DNA of 64,000 bases from Salpingoeca rosetta. Lineage: Eukaryota; Protista; Choanoflagellata. The translations under genes were made by a program, and so were the position numbers. A model generated the notes under the pieces. The model saw only the letters and a list, made by a program, of their open reading frames with translations, ran no database searches and was not told the origin of the DNA. Where the stretch lies: positions 320,590-384,589 of the forward strand of contig JAWQFM010000015.1 in NCBI GenBank assembly GCA_033442325.1, in the 5' to 3' direction. Shown piece after piece: positions 15,451 through 29,142 of the stretch. Position 1 is the stretch's first letter; every line of letters begins with the position of its first letter.

Positions 15451-16075
15451 CTTGTTCTTGCCGCTGCACATTCTTGCTCCACTTCTCAAGCGCAGTGAAG
15501 CTGCCAAGCCAAAGCCGCCCGCATTGTCTGAACCTGCGCCAGAAACGGGCATCGTGCACTTGAGTCTCGAGGAAGGAGCAGGTGCTATCCCACGTCACCC
15601 CAAGCCAGCAGTGCACGAGAAATCGGTTCTGCAGCCAAGCGTCGATGGTTGTGCTAGGTGCATCTGCATCGGTCGCGTCAACGCTGCGCTCGCGCCAGGC
15701 GGCCTCCACAGGTTTGATCTTGTCCATCTGGAACGTGTCAATCCACTGCTTGACCGCTCGGGGCTTCTTCTTGAGGGAAGAGTTCAGGCGCAGGTCAGAC
15801 CAGATGGCATAGTTACTCTTTGCAACGTCAGCAAACACATCAGCAAGGCACCATTTTGGCATGGCGCATGGCAAGTCGTGGTAGAGCTCGCGGCACGTCA
15901 GCATGAGGTTGAAGAAGGCGCGAGCCACGTCGCGCTTGGCGCGAATGTAATACACGTCCACATCGAGGACATCGAAGGCCTCAAGTCCCTGTTCGTCCGT
16001 CGCGATTCTTGTCATTGGCGGCGGCACAAGCAGGTGTTCTGCAACCAGCGCCCACTCGCTCGCGCTCGTGCTCAT
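13301..16075 (-). CDS. Intronless 924-aa protein, putative F-box-like N-terminus plus degenerate leucine-rich repeats, with polyQ and polyD tracts
   Basis: Long uninterrupted ORF. N-terminal EWALVAEHLL...FFNLMLTCRELY resembles an F-box. Repeated LxL-type segments include HIRKLVIHH, VDKLQLLHC, VQRLILDNC and VTSLVVKYC. Confidence 0.65.
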
Positions 16076-16676
16076 GTTGTCTGCGTGCCTGTGCGTGGGT
16101 GGTCACTTCAGAAAGCTCGAGGATGGGAAGATGCAACAAGGAAGGTGTCAGCGCACGCACGCTGGTCGTGCTTGTAGATTATTGGGCACATCTTACGAAA
16201 ATATTCCTCAACCACACCAGCTCTCACACAAGCAGCTTCACCCCTCGCACGACGACATGCTCCATGTTCGTTTGGTTGCCCTTGTGTATTTGGGTGTTGT
16301 TGCTGTTGGGTGGAAAGCGTTGGTTGGAATGGCGCGACACGCGGCCCGTTTCAGAGCGCATGCCACACGGGGCAACACCGACAGACGCCAACAAAACAGC
16401 AACCATCAGGAGTGAAACAAAACACACGGAAGGTACGACAACAAAGCAACCGACACACGACAAGCGAGCGCGCGTGAAGGAAGCCCTGTTGCTGCAAAAG
16501 GATGCCACGGACAAAAGTGTATGAAAGAACACAAGAAATCAAGCATGGAAAGAGCACAGGGAAAGGGCGTAGTAAGCGTGGAAGAAGGGGGGGGGGAGGT
16601 GGGAGGGTTGGTGATCAGCTCACATCCTCAAACAAGACAGGGATCATGGGGATGCACGAGTGAGAAGCCAAGCACT

Positions 16677-19600
16677 TTAGTAGACGCGAATGACAGGGGG
16701 CACGGTCTCGCACTCCTGCTTGTCAAGGGTGTCATCGATGACAGGGCGGTACTTCAGGTCAACAGAGCCCTTCGCCGTGTCCTGTGTGGGTGAGTGTGAT
16801 TGTGAGTGTGATTGTGAGTGTGAGTGAGTGAGTGAGAGTGTGAGTGTGATGGTGAGAGAGAGAGAGAGAGTGTGTGTGTGTGTGTGGGTGTGTGTGTTCG
16901 TTCGCGTGCATGTGTGTGTGTGTGTGTGTGAGCGAGCGTCAGCAGGTTGTGCATGTGTTGCTCGTGTGCATCACGTCAAAAGCAGGCACGGCTACACGAC
17001 GCATGCGGCAGACGTACAAAAGTGGAGAGGGTGTGCTTCCTCCAGTGCTCGTCAAAGGAGAGCTTGGTCTGGCCCTCGATGGGCTTGGTGTAGTCATACT
17101 CATCCACGCGGTCCTTGTAGTCCTCGCGCGAGTGGGCGCCGCGAGACTCCTTGCGGGCCTCGGCAGAGACAATCGTCTGCAGGGCGCACGTCATCAGGTT
17201 CTGCAGCTCAAGGGCCTCAATCAGATCCGTGTTGAACACCATACCGCGGTCAAACGTCTTCAGGTCAGACACCTGCACAAGTGTTGCCGTGTTTGGGATT
17301 GTGTGAGGGTTGGTGTTGGTGCAAAGGATTGGTTAACGTGGACAGGTCTCGGCGTCAGCAAGCGCGACAACACGCCACAAAAGCCGCCAATGGGTTGCCA
17401 TGTTCAGTTCTCACAGCACAAAACCACCAGTACTCACGCAGTACGTACCCACACCCACACACTCGCACACCCACATCCACACACACGCAATCGTTGCTGG
17501 TTCGCACCATGGTGTCGTAGGTCTTTGCAAGGAGGTCGCAGCCCTCCTGCAGGACCTCGCCCGTGCGGAAGACGGCGGCGTGGCTCTGCATGGTCTTCTG
17601 CATCTCCAGACGCAGCTCGGCGGTGGTGGCGCTGCCGTTGGCGTGGCGCACCTGGTCCAGGTTGGCAATCGAGGCCTCGCCGGCGTTGGCGGGCATGTCG
17701 GGGATCTTGGCGCCGGGCTTGTCCTCCTCCGCAATCGTGTTGGCGCACGCTGTCGAGACATTAAAAGGCGTGGGTGTGCGAGAATGAGATTGTGTTTGGA
17801 GAAAACAAAAACGGGCAGGAGGAGGGGATGAAAGGGATGAGATAATGTGCAAATGGAGATGGCAAAACCATCAGCAGCACAACTACCACCATCACTACCA
17901 CGACCAATAGCACCGGCCACAGCGCGCATGGTACGCACCGCGGCCGAAGACAACAATGTCGAGGAGGGAGTTGGCGCCGAGGCGGTTGGCACCGTGGACA
18001 GAGGCGCAGGCAACCTCGCCAGCAGCGTACAGGCCGGGCACGACCTCGTCCTGGCCGTTGACGTTCTTGATGACCTGACCGCGGTAGTTGGTGGGCACGC
18101 CGCCCATGTTGTAGTGGACGGTGGGCAGCACGGGGATGGGCTCCTTGGTGGCGTCAACACCGGCGAAGATGGCGGCCGTCTCAACAATACCGGGCAGGCG
18201 CTCCTGCAGCACCTCCGTTGGCAGGTGCGACAGCTGCAGGTACACGTGGTCCTTGTTGGGTCCGCAGCCGCGGCCCTCGCGAATCTCAATGGTGGAGGAG
18301 CGGGAGACGACGTCGCGGGAGGCAAGGTCCTTGGCCGTCGGGGCATAGCGCTCCATGAAGCGCTCGCCCTCGCTGTTGAGCAGAATACCGCCCTCACCAC
18401 GGCAACCCTCCGTGATCAGGCAGCCGGCACCGTAGATGCCCTGTCGCAGACAACGCAATCAGGAGACAGGGGGCAGGGAGAGGGAAAACATGGTGCGTGT
18501 GGTGAGGTCGATGCAATATAGTGTGTGTGTATGAATGCGTGTGTGTGCATATGTATGTGTGTGTATGTATGCGTGTGTGTGTATATATATATATGTATAT
18601 GTGTGGATGTATGAGTGTGTGTGTGTGTGTGTGTTTAAGATCCTCCCCACGCAACACACATGCCATGCATGCACGCACGCACAAGCAGACACACGCACAC
18701 GTAAAATCGTAAACTCGCTCACGTGTACACGCACATTTACAAGCACACGCAACGCACCGTTGGGTGGAACTGAACAAACTCGAGGTCCTCGTTCTGGAGG
18801 CCGGCGCGGGCAACCATGGCGTTGCCGTCACCAGTGCAGGCGTGGGCAGAGGTGGCGGAGAAGTAGGCGCGGCCGTAACCACCAGTGGCAAGCACGGTGT
18901 TCTTGCAGTGGAAGCGGTGCAGGGTACCGTCCTCCTGGCACATGGCCAGGACACCGACGCAGGCGCCCTCGTCGTTCATGATCAGGTCAAGCGCAAAGTA
19001 CTCAATGAAGTAGGCCGTGTCGTAGCGGAGGGACTGCATTGCACGGAGGCGAAGATGGGTAGGTGCGTTGAAGGGGGGTTGGGTTGGGTCGTTGATTGAA
19101 CGTGAGAATTTGCAACGAGGATCACACGGAGGCGGGCAGGCAGATAAGCAGACGGGCAGGTTGCAGACAGACACACACGCGAGCAGGTTGCAGATAGACA
19201 CACACGCGGGCAGGTTGCAGACAGACACACACGCGCACAAACACACAAACATCCAAACACCCACACACATACACACCTGGCCGTAGAGGGTGTGGAGGAG
19301 GGAGTGGCCCGTGCGGTCAGCGACGGCGCAGCAGCGGTGGGCCTGGCCGCCCTTGCCAAACTTGAGGCTTTGGCCACCAAAGGCGCGCTGGTAGATGCGG
19401 CCTTCCTCCGTTCGGGAGAAGGGCATGCCGTAGTTCTCAAGCTGAAGGCCACAGGGCAAGGGCAGAGAGGAGAGAGAGAGAGAGAGAGAGGAGAGGGAAC
19501 AGAGCTTTGTGGTGAGGACGGTGACAACGAAAACCTTTGCTGAACTCAAGGGCTGGTCATGGGGTGTCAAATCCCGCACACACTGTGCAAAGTTGACAGG

Positions 19601-20676
19601 CACAGCCACGTAAATTCCACGCATACAGACAGACACACAGACACACAGACACACAGACACACACACACACACCTCGATGACGGTCTTGGGGGCTTCGCGG
19701 GTCATGTAGTGGATGGCGTCCTGGTCGCCAAGCCAATCCGAACCCTTGACGGTGTCGTAAAAGTGGAAGCGCCAGTCGTCCTCCTCCATGTTGCCGAGGG
19801 CGGCGTTGATACCACCCTATGAGGAGAAAGAGGGGGGTGGGGGTGTCGGGAGGGCACAACGACGTGGGAATTGCACACAAGATGAGAAGGGAAGCCGTCA
19901 CAGGTCACACACACGCATCCATGTACTGAGCTGTCCATACATGCATTGTTGATAGACAGGACTGCCATCGAAAACCCATTGACACACGAAGGCAAACAAA
20001 GGACAAACAAGGTCAAGACCAAAGACAAGGAGTCGTGGTGAACGCCTTGCAACCTGGTGTCCACACACACACACACACGCAGACCTGAGCAGCGACGGTG
20101 TGGGAGCGGGTGGGGAAGAGCTTGGTGATGCAAGCAGTCTTGAAGCCGTGCTGGGTGAGGCCGAAGGCGGCGCGAAGGCCGGCACCACCGGCACCAACGA
20201 CGACGGCATCAAACTCGTGGTCGATGATGGGGTAAGCAGACGACACCTTTTAGCGACAATGGGAAGGAATGGAGCGGTGTGGCACATGCACGACAAGAGA
20301 TGAGGGCGAGTTACGTGTTTGACCTTGCGCGTGTGTGCGTGTGTGCGTGCAGGTGCACCTCTCACTCTCTCGCACTCTTTCTTTTTTTCGTCTTCCCATC
20401 TCCCCATGTTGGCGAACCGCCGACAACGGTACGAGCAGGTGCATGTTGCAGGAGGAAAAGTAGCTGACTTGACTGGAAGGCCATCTTTGCAAATGCCAAC
20501 GGAAGACCGCACAAACAAGCAACAAAAGACTCCACAACAACACAACCGAGGTCTACACGACTGACCGACACAACCCCGCTGTTAGTTACCTGCTCGGCGG
20601 CCTTGGCTGTGCGGCCCGCGTGAAGGCGGCGCACGGCCGTGAGGCAGGAGCGGGCACGAGACGCTGTTGCGTTCAT
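16677..20676 (-). CDS. SDHA: Mitochondrial succinate dehydrogenase flavoprotein subunit, multi-exon
   Basis: Arg-rich presequence [18 protein letters not shown]; [18 protein letters not shown]; covalent-FAD motif [10 protein letters not shown] (split by an intron); [14 protein letters not shown]; [23 protein letters not shown]; HYNMGG; [13 protein letters not shown]; RKESRGAH; ends PPVIRVY-stop. Confidence 0.98.
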
Positions 20677-20858
20677 ATCCGGTGCTGGTGCGTGTGATGG
20701 AGAGGAAGGCGAAATAAGCGAACAGCAGTGAGTGGCGGTGCTGCAATCTTGAGTTGGAAACTTGGCCATGCCACCGCAGAAAAATTCACCGATAAACGTC
20801 GAAAGGTTTCTACCAAAATTCCGGCCGGACAGGCCAGCAAGAACGAACAACGACAACG
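20677..20858. promoter_or_regulatory. Probable bidirectional promoter SDHA/ALKBH7
   Basis: 182 nt between divergent start codons, with an AT-richer core at about 20750-20820. Confidence 0.55.
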
Positions 20859-22415
20859 ATGATGATGATGATGGCGATGATGATGCAGTCGAGGGCGTGT
20901 GGCAGAGGCGTGGTTGCGGCTGCCAGTGCTCAGTGTGGCAGCAGAAGAAGAGCGGTGGCTGAGGGGATGATGAGGACGAGGGTGATGGTGAGGGAAGCAG
21001 CAGCAGCAACAGCACCTCAGATGGTGCGGCTGGAGACGTGGCGGACCCTGAGTACAAAGGCAGCCCTTCAGACACAGCAACAAGAGACACACCAGCAGAC
21101 ACAACAACAACAACACATGCCTTCCTGCTTCACGAGAAGGAGAACCACAGCGTCGCCGTCAACGTCGTGCGCTGTTGACTTTGATCAACTGGAAGCGGTC
21201 GATGCTGGGCCCTTGGGGCTGTTTGTGTTTCCAGACGTCATCAGTGAAGCGGAAGAGGAACACTTGATGTCGCAGGTGAACCGCAAGCTCAAGCGCATGC
21301 GGTACGCCTCGGCGCACTTTGACCGCGCCATCAGCGGCTACAGGGAGATGCGCAAGTCACGATGGGACCCAGCGTCCATGGACACGTTTGCGCGCCTGCA
21401 GACCATGCACCCTTCCCTCCAAGCCCACATCCAGCCCAACCCTTCGTACCACATCCTGGACTTGGAGGCTGAGGGAACCATCTTCCCACACGTCGACAGC
21501 CTGAAATACGTACGCACAACTCATGCCTGTGCTGGCGCCTGCATCCACCGCGCCTGTGTCTGCTAGAACAGTCTTATGGCTCGCACCCACGCCTCTTAAC
21601 TGCGTAATTCTTTCAGGCTGGTCCAGTCATTGCCGGGATTTCCATGTTGTCTGACGCTGTCATGACGTTTGCTTCAGAGAAGGACCCGTGAGTGTACTTT
21701 GTGCACATGTGTGCGGGTGTGTGCGTGTGCACGCGTGTGTGTGTGCGTGTGCGTGTGTGTGCGTGTGCGTACACGTGTGCGTGTGTTTGTGTACGTGTGC
21801 GTGTTTGTGTGTGTCTTGTTCCAGCCGGACGATCCAGCCTGACGATCCAGCCTGACGATCCAGCCGGACGATCCAGCCTGACGCTCCTGCTTGGCTGTCC
21901 AGCTTGGCTGTCCTGTTTGGCTGTCCTGCTTGGCTGTCCTGCTTGGCTGTTAGTCATGACTTGTTTCACCACCTCCTAACCGTGCACTGCTTGTGGCGTG
22001 TGTTGACAGAAGTGATGTGATCGAAGCCTTCCTTCCCCGTCGCTCCATGTACATCATGAGGTAATGTCACACATCATAGCGAGTTGTAGAACGTCTTTCT
22101 CGAAAGGGTGCACGTGGTATGCTGAAAGTTAAACGCATTTCGCTTCTCTGGCGATGGTTCATGCGCTGTACACCTGCAAATCTCCAAATGCAACACCATT
22201 CTTCTGCCAAAGATGTTTGCTTCTTCCTCCCAGCCATGCGCTACTCTTCCACCTCACAACACAAAACGCGTGTTTTATGCGCTTGCCTTTCCTCTTCCAG
22301 CAATCGCATTCGATATGACTACACGCACGCTGTGGAATACAAGCAGTTCATATGGGGTGGCAACACGTACGAGCGCACGCGCCGTGTCTCCCTCCTCATG
22401 CGCAACGAAGATTAG
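20859..22415 (+). CDS. ALKBH7: AlkB homolog 7, mitochondrial 2OG-Fe(II) dioxygenase, 4 exons (start could be 20859 or 20967)
   Basis: FPDVISEAEEEHLM...RYASAHFDRAISGYRE, HILDL...IFPHVDS (HxD), IAGISMLSDAVM, LPRRSMYIM, RYDYTHAV (H), RTRRVSLLMR. Arg/Ala-rich N-terminus. Confidence 0.92.
21821..21947. repeat. Intronic minisatellites: 13-nt ccagcc(g/t)gacgat x4-5 followed by 13-nt gcttggctgtcc(t/a) x5
   Basis: Directly visible tandem units within ALKBH7 intron 2. Confidence 0.85.
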
Positions 22416-22881
22416 CACAACACAAGGCACGCGCACCGCAGCATACAGCACATGTACCACAACGCGGAGCACGTACATGTACTCGTGTGTGTGTGTGTGT
22501 CCGTGTGCGTATCTGCGTTTTCGTGTGCGCAGAGGGGGTTGGTTCACGAGCGCTTGCCGTCACTTCTTATTCCCTTGCTAGCCAAGCTTGTATTTGCCAC
22601 TGGCGTGATAGTGTACGCTTGTAAACAACACAACACCTACGTCGATAGCCATGGGAGCTGAGCAGCCAAACGCCACCCAGCTCAAGCACGCATACTGACG
22701 CAACAACAGCCAACATGCACAGGGGAAAGAGGGGGAGGGGAGAGCGGTAGCAAGGCGTACACATGGATACACACACCCACACACCCACACACCCACACAC
22801 ACATACACACACACACACACGCACACGCACGCACGCGCGCGCGCATACAACACAGCCCGCAAGCCTGCCTGCCAAGCCACG

Positions 22882-25738
22882 TCAAGTCCACTGGGACCGG
22901 TCCCACATGAGGAGGAGCTCGGCCATCTCCATCAGCAGCGGCTTCACCACCATCGCCGCATCACCAGCTCGCCGCTTACCACCGCCACCACCGCCACCAC
23001 CACCACCACCACCACTACCACCACCACTGCTACTACCACTGCTGGTGGTGCTCTTGCTGCTGCTTCGCGCTCGCGCCGGCGACGACTGCATGCGAGAAGG
23101 AGCAGCAGTTGTTGACGCGTTGCCATGATGGTGGTGGCTGTGTGCAGTGCCGCCGCCACCTGCCGTCGATGCTGTCGCCGTTGGCGGCGGATGGAGGGAG
23201 AAATCGTCCACCCATGCTGAGTCAGCAGTTGCCGGCACCTCTCGCTGTCGCTTTGGCGATTCAAGGGCTGTGCGCTGCACGGCCTCATACACTGGCAAAA
23301 GGATGGTTTGAGTGAGCCAAACGCCCACACCTTCCTCGCTTTCTCCGCCCACGAACCCGCATACAAGAGCACAGTGCGTGCGTGCGCGTGCGTGTGTGTG
23401 TGTGTGTGCGTGTGTGTGTGTGTACCTTTTTGCTGCCCGCACGTGACAGCTGCGGTGGAGAGGGACTCGTGGACGCGGCGATACACCAGCGGCTGGCGAT
23501 GATGATAACGCGTTGTTGGAAAAGCACGGGGAATGATATCAGCATTGGGGTGGCGAGTGAACACAACCAAGTCGTGTTGGTGAATGGTGACACCGACAGC
23601 ATGCTACGGGTGTGACGACAGACGATGTGGAGCCGCACAGGCATGGAGACACAACAAATGTCGCCATTGCTGTTGTTGTGTTGACTCACCACGCGCGCGT
23701 CAGAATCCGCGAGGAGGAGGAGGTCTTCGAGTTGGATGAGCAGCGGCAGCAATTCTTCCAGCTCACCGGCCTAGGGGGGAGCGGGAAGGTGGTGAATGGT
23801 ACGCATCTTCATTCAGCAACACACACACACACAGACACACAGACAGACACAGACACAGACACACAGACACACAGACAGACAGACAGACAGACACACACAC
23901 ACACAGACAGACACACACAGACACACACTCACACAAAAGTACCACGTCTCACCTTTGCCTTGATGTCAATGAGGAGGACGAGAGCGCGGAGTTTGAGCGT
24001 GGACCGCGGCGGGCACAGATCAACACACGCGTACAGACAGCTTGTGGCAAAGACGGTCTGGTCCAGACGCAGGGCGAGCAGCGCAAGCCGCAGCCAGTCC
24101 GCATGCGTGCGCGTCTGTTGCAGTTGTGGTGTGGGGTTTGGCGTGTGGGGTTTGTGGTGGGCGTGGTGAGAAGGAGAGAAGACAGATACACAGACAGGCA
24201 GAGAGGCAGACAGACACACACACACACACAAATACACAGATACACACACACACTCACAGATACACACACGCACACACACACACACACACGCGTATACCCA
24301 CACCCACTCACACGGACAGAGACAGACAGACAAACAAACACACAGCACCCCCACCCCGCCTACCTCTGCGACGCGGGCGGCCTCCGTCTCGAGTCCCTGC
24401 GTGCCGCCGCTGTGCAGAATGAAGCAGCACAGGTCCTCATACACAATGGCGCACATGTTGTCCAGCCACCGCCGGCACAGCCGCTGGTGCACTGCAACAT
24501 CGTGCTCGCTCTCCACAACACCACCGCCATAGCCACCGCTGCCGCCAAACAGCACATCGCACGGGTGGTCGCAAGGGGTAGGGGTTGTCTGATTCTGCTG
24601 TTGCTGGTTCTCCGTTTTTTCTTCTCCACCTTCTCCTTCTGCTGCTTCTGCTTTTTGTTGGGTGTCGTGGGCATCGCCCTGAACAACGCCGCTCTCTTCA
24701 CGATCACCTTCATCTTCATCTGCGCCCTTGCCACCAGCATTACCTCTCTGATCACTGCCACCCTCATCATCACTGTCATTGTCCTCGCCATTGGCGTCGT
24801 GTGCTGGTGGCGCGAGTGTCAACGCCGGCACCGTCTCCTTCACCTGAAACGCCGATTGTGTGTCGTGCACCGTTAACTGCGCATCGAATACCGATACATA
24901 GTTCACCACAGGGCCATCAGCCCCGCCGGAACGTATCTGCGGTTGTTGCTGTCCCTGCTGTTGTTGCTGCTGTCCGCCACCATCACCACCATCTCCACCA
25001 TCACCACTGCCAGCTTCACCATCGTTGCCGCTGGTGTCGAGCTGCAGGTGTGCGTGTGTGCGTCGCTGTTCCTCAATCACGTGGTGCGCGTGCGTCTGTG
25101 CACGTGTGAAGAATGTCTCCTGTCGCAACACCAGGAATTGGCTCCACCCAACACGCTGCACAATCCGTATCAACAACTGATGTGTTCATGTGTGCGAGTG
25201 TGTGAATGTGTGTGTGTGAGTGTGTGTGTGCGAGTGAGTGCGTGTGTGAGGAAGAGGGCGAGTGTGAGACCAAAGATGATCGCATGCGTGTTGCGGCCAA
25301 GTGCTCAAAGGTCATGGAGCCACAACACGAGCACACACTTGAACATGAGTGCGTGCGTACGTGTGCATGCATGTGCATCACAGAGAGTCAACCTTGTACG
25401 CGTCGAGTGCGATGCCTGTGAGGGAGACGGCACGAAGTTGCGACAGGAATTTGTCGTCCTGGAACGGAATCTGAAAATACACAATCGCGTTGGAGGTCAG
25501 GGGGTGGTAAAGGGGACACGCGTGCAGACAAGCGCGTGTGCGCACGCACATACACATACACACACACAGACACACTCATGAACACACATGAACACACACA
25601 GACACACAGACACGCTGCACCTTGCGGAGTTTTGGGTGCGGGGACGAGTGGTCGCGGGTCTGGGGCGCGGGAACGGCAGTGGCAGACACCTGGATGCAGT
25701 TCAGCGCAGCAAGCGCCAGGCTGAAACAGTGGAGAAGG

Positions 25739-25773
<35 letters not shown>

Positions 25774-25967
25774 GGGGGGGGGGGGGTTGATGGGATAGGG
25801 AAGGGATAGAGTCAGGGTAGAAGGAGGAAGCGTCGTGGAGATTATAGAAGTGGTGATGTACTGTGAGCGTTCATGGGAAGAAGAGACACGAAGCACAAAT
25901 GGAGCATGCACTCTTCCCCACACAGTCATAGACAGAGACGCAGACAGAGACACAGACAGAGACGCAG

Positions 25968-25999
<32 letters not shown>

Positions 26000-27307
26000 A
26001 AAACGAACCGTGGGCAGTCAGCGTGGAGGTATGCCGTGGCGAGGTGCAGCCAATCACGACCGCTCGCGCCGGGAGCAACAACTGCGGCGCGGGCGAGGGT
26101 AATGGCATCGGCAACACGATCACCTTGCAGACACGCGCGCGACTGCTCTGTGAGGAGACAGCTCGGCGGCGCGTGTGTGTACTGGGTGACCGTCTGCACC
26201 AGCCAGCGGGCGGCGTCCCGACGCGGCAGCGACTAATGGCAATCGTGATGATTATGATGATGGTGGTGGTGGTGGTGGTGGTTGCAGAAAGGAGTCAGTG
26301 TGTGCGTGTGTGTGTGTGTGCGTGTACGTGTGTGAAGTACAGCCGTATACACAGCGTGTGAGAGTGTGCAAGGTGATATTCAGGGGTGCATGAATGTGCA
26401 AGTAATGCAGGCAGCGTTCGCCAACACATTAAGACAACATGACGACCCAAGCACATCCAACACGAGATGATACACATGTCCGTCGTGCATAGCAGACCTT
26501 GTGCTGTGCGTCGACGGCGGTGGTGATACAGCGGGCAGCAACAGCGACAAGCCGCGGATCGTGCGCCGACAGCCGCTTGCACAGCAGCGCAGCCTGGACA
26601 GAGATGAAGGGAGGGGGTGGTGAGGTGATGTTGAGCTGGGGCAGTTGTCACATGTACAATGAATGGTGATGGCGTGCAGACACACAGGCAGACAGACAGG
26701 CAAACATACGGGCAGAGAGACAGACACAAACGCGCAAGCATACTATCGCCATCGCACGCGTTCACACACATACACACACACGCACACACGCACAGCACAC
26801 AGCGCACCTCGACGTCGAGGTGCTGTCGCTGGAGAAAGGAGCAGAGCGGGGAGAGGAGGGCGTTGTCGTGCGGCCGCTGCCCGCGAACACCGCGCCCTTC
26901 AAGCGCACGCAGCAGCGGGAAGTACACCTAATGGCGTGGGGTACATGGGGTGGGTGGTGGTGATGTGTGTGCGTGTGTGTGTGTCAAGGGGAGGGTGAGG
27001 TGTTGACGCTCGTGCGAACGCCAGCGTGGTGCAGCAGAGACAGTGACAGACAGAGAGACAGGGAGACAGAGAGACAGTCACACACACACACACACAGACA
27101 CAGACAAAAACACAGACAGACAGACAGACGTATCGACCTTTGCGATGGATGCCTTGAGCGTGTCGAGTGCGCGCGGCGTTGGGAGCGGGTTGATGACGAC
27201 CTCCGCTGGGACACGATCGTCCCGGCGCTCGTGCCGGTGCAGCGCACGCACCATGCTCGACAGCTGGAGAAAGAGGTGCATGGACGCACACGCATACACA
27301 TGCACAT

Positions 27308-27384
<77 letters not shown>

Positions 27385-27712
27385 TGTTCACAGCAAAAGG
27401 GGCTTGTGAGTTGTATGGCGTTGCTCGGTATTGGCGAGTGCGAGGTGCGTGCAGACAGGCGGAAACAACGAGTGGTAACTGTGAGCGCACCCATATCTGG
27501 GGCCACATCTTCTCCTCCACCATGTGCAATCCTCCTTTGGCATCGACTCCAAAGCTGGCACAGAGACGCGCGTAGGCGCATGTTAGTACAGCGAGCTTGG
27601 TTTTCCGTCCACAGACAGACAGACACACACACAGACAGCTAGACAGAGACAGACATACAGACACACACACAAAGACACAGACACAGACACACAGACACAT
27701 ACACACACACAC

Positions 27713-27763
<51 letters not shown>

Positions 27764-27985
27764 CGACACACCTGCGCACAGTGCCGGGGAAGAGGAGCTC
27801 TGTGCGAATGTCCATGCCGGACACAATGTCGTGAACAGCGAAGATGGCCTTGAGTGGCGTCACACCGCGCCCGTTCTGCGGAGCAACCAGAACACGAGTT
27901 GTGTGAGGGTGTATGGCAGGCTTATGCACCGTCAGCCAAGCGCACAGCAAAGTACACACACACACACACAAACAAACACGCACAC

Positions 27986-28038
<53 letters not shown>

Positions 28039-28894
28039 TCGTGCACACACACGCGCGCGCGCACGCAACGGACCTCTTGTTGGCGAACAGAAATGTGCTG
28101 CTGAATGTAGGCGGCAATGTGTGCGGGCGTGCTGCAGTTGATGCCGACGACGTAGTGGTGCTCCATGAGGTCACGACGACCGCGCATGATCTTGCTCGTG
28201 CTCGGCACGGAGTAGATGACGCAGCACACATCCGGCAGCCCCAGTGGCAGGCGGTCTGAAGCAGTGAAGGGGGAAGAGTGTGTAAAGGGAGCAAGAGCAA
28301 GATACGGCGTGATGAGAGCGCGTAAAGAAGGTAGTGTCAGGCTGCAGTGTGATGGGACAGCGTGACATGTGCAGCGAACGTACCGAGGTCGTTACATCGG
28401 TGCTGAAAGAATTGAGTCAAGTGTCTTGGATCCATGGCTCTCTGTTGTCACCATCGCAGACACGTTGAGACAGAGCACAATCAGCCGGGTTCGTCGAGGT
28501 ACTGGCAACCCTCGTTGCATATACGCAAGCACCGTGTGCATGGAGAAGCACGCAGCATGCAAATGGCAAAGCAGACACACACACACACAGACACACACAG
28601 GCACACAGACACACACAGACACACACAGGCACACACACACATACAGAGACAATCACTTACAGACACACACACACAGACACACAGACACAGACACAGACAC
28701 CGCACCTTGATTGGAAGCACGCTTGGTGCAAGTCGGCCGTCATCCGCTTGCTTGCGCGCGTCCCCAGCACCGCTGCCACTGCCGCCCGTGTAGCTGGTGC
28801 CTGTGCCACTGCCTTTGCCTCCTCCATCACGTCGATCACCACCTCCACCACCTCCACCACCTCCTCCACTGCTGCTTCTCCACCACGAAGACAT
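22882..28894 (-). CDS. Exomer cargo adaptor of the ChAPs family (Bch1/Bud7-like TPR protein), multi-exon
   Basis: Spliced motifs colinear with fungal ChAPs: [53 protein letters not shown]...WLHLATAY...[57 protein letters not shown]. Confidence 0.85.
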
Positions 28895-29142
28895 CTCTTC
28901 CCTCTTCTTCTTGTTCTTCTTGTTCTTTTGTGAGAAGCAGCGAAAATCTGCTGACTCAGCAGAATCCTGCCTCAAATTTCAATCCGCTCAAAAAAAAACG
29001 GCAACGCATCCAGCCAACCACTACAAACAGCGACAACAGCGAACAACGACCACCAACCAACCAAGCAAGCAGAGGGAGCGACAAGAAGGAGGCTGCTGCG
29101 TGCAGTGCTTTCTATTGGCTCTGCACATCCTTACGAGCAGCC
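28895..29142. promoter_or_regulatory. Probable bidirectional promoter ChAPs/ANKRD26-like
   Basis: 248 nt between divergent ATGs, with an A-rich core at about 28970-29000. Confidence 0.5.

Noticed and set aside
20677-20858. Iron-responsive element in the SDHA 5' UTR
   Set aside because: No CAGUGN loop on the SDHA sense strand.
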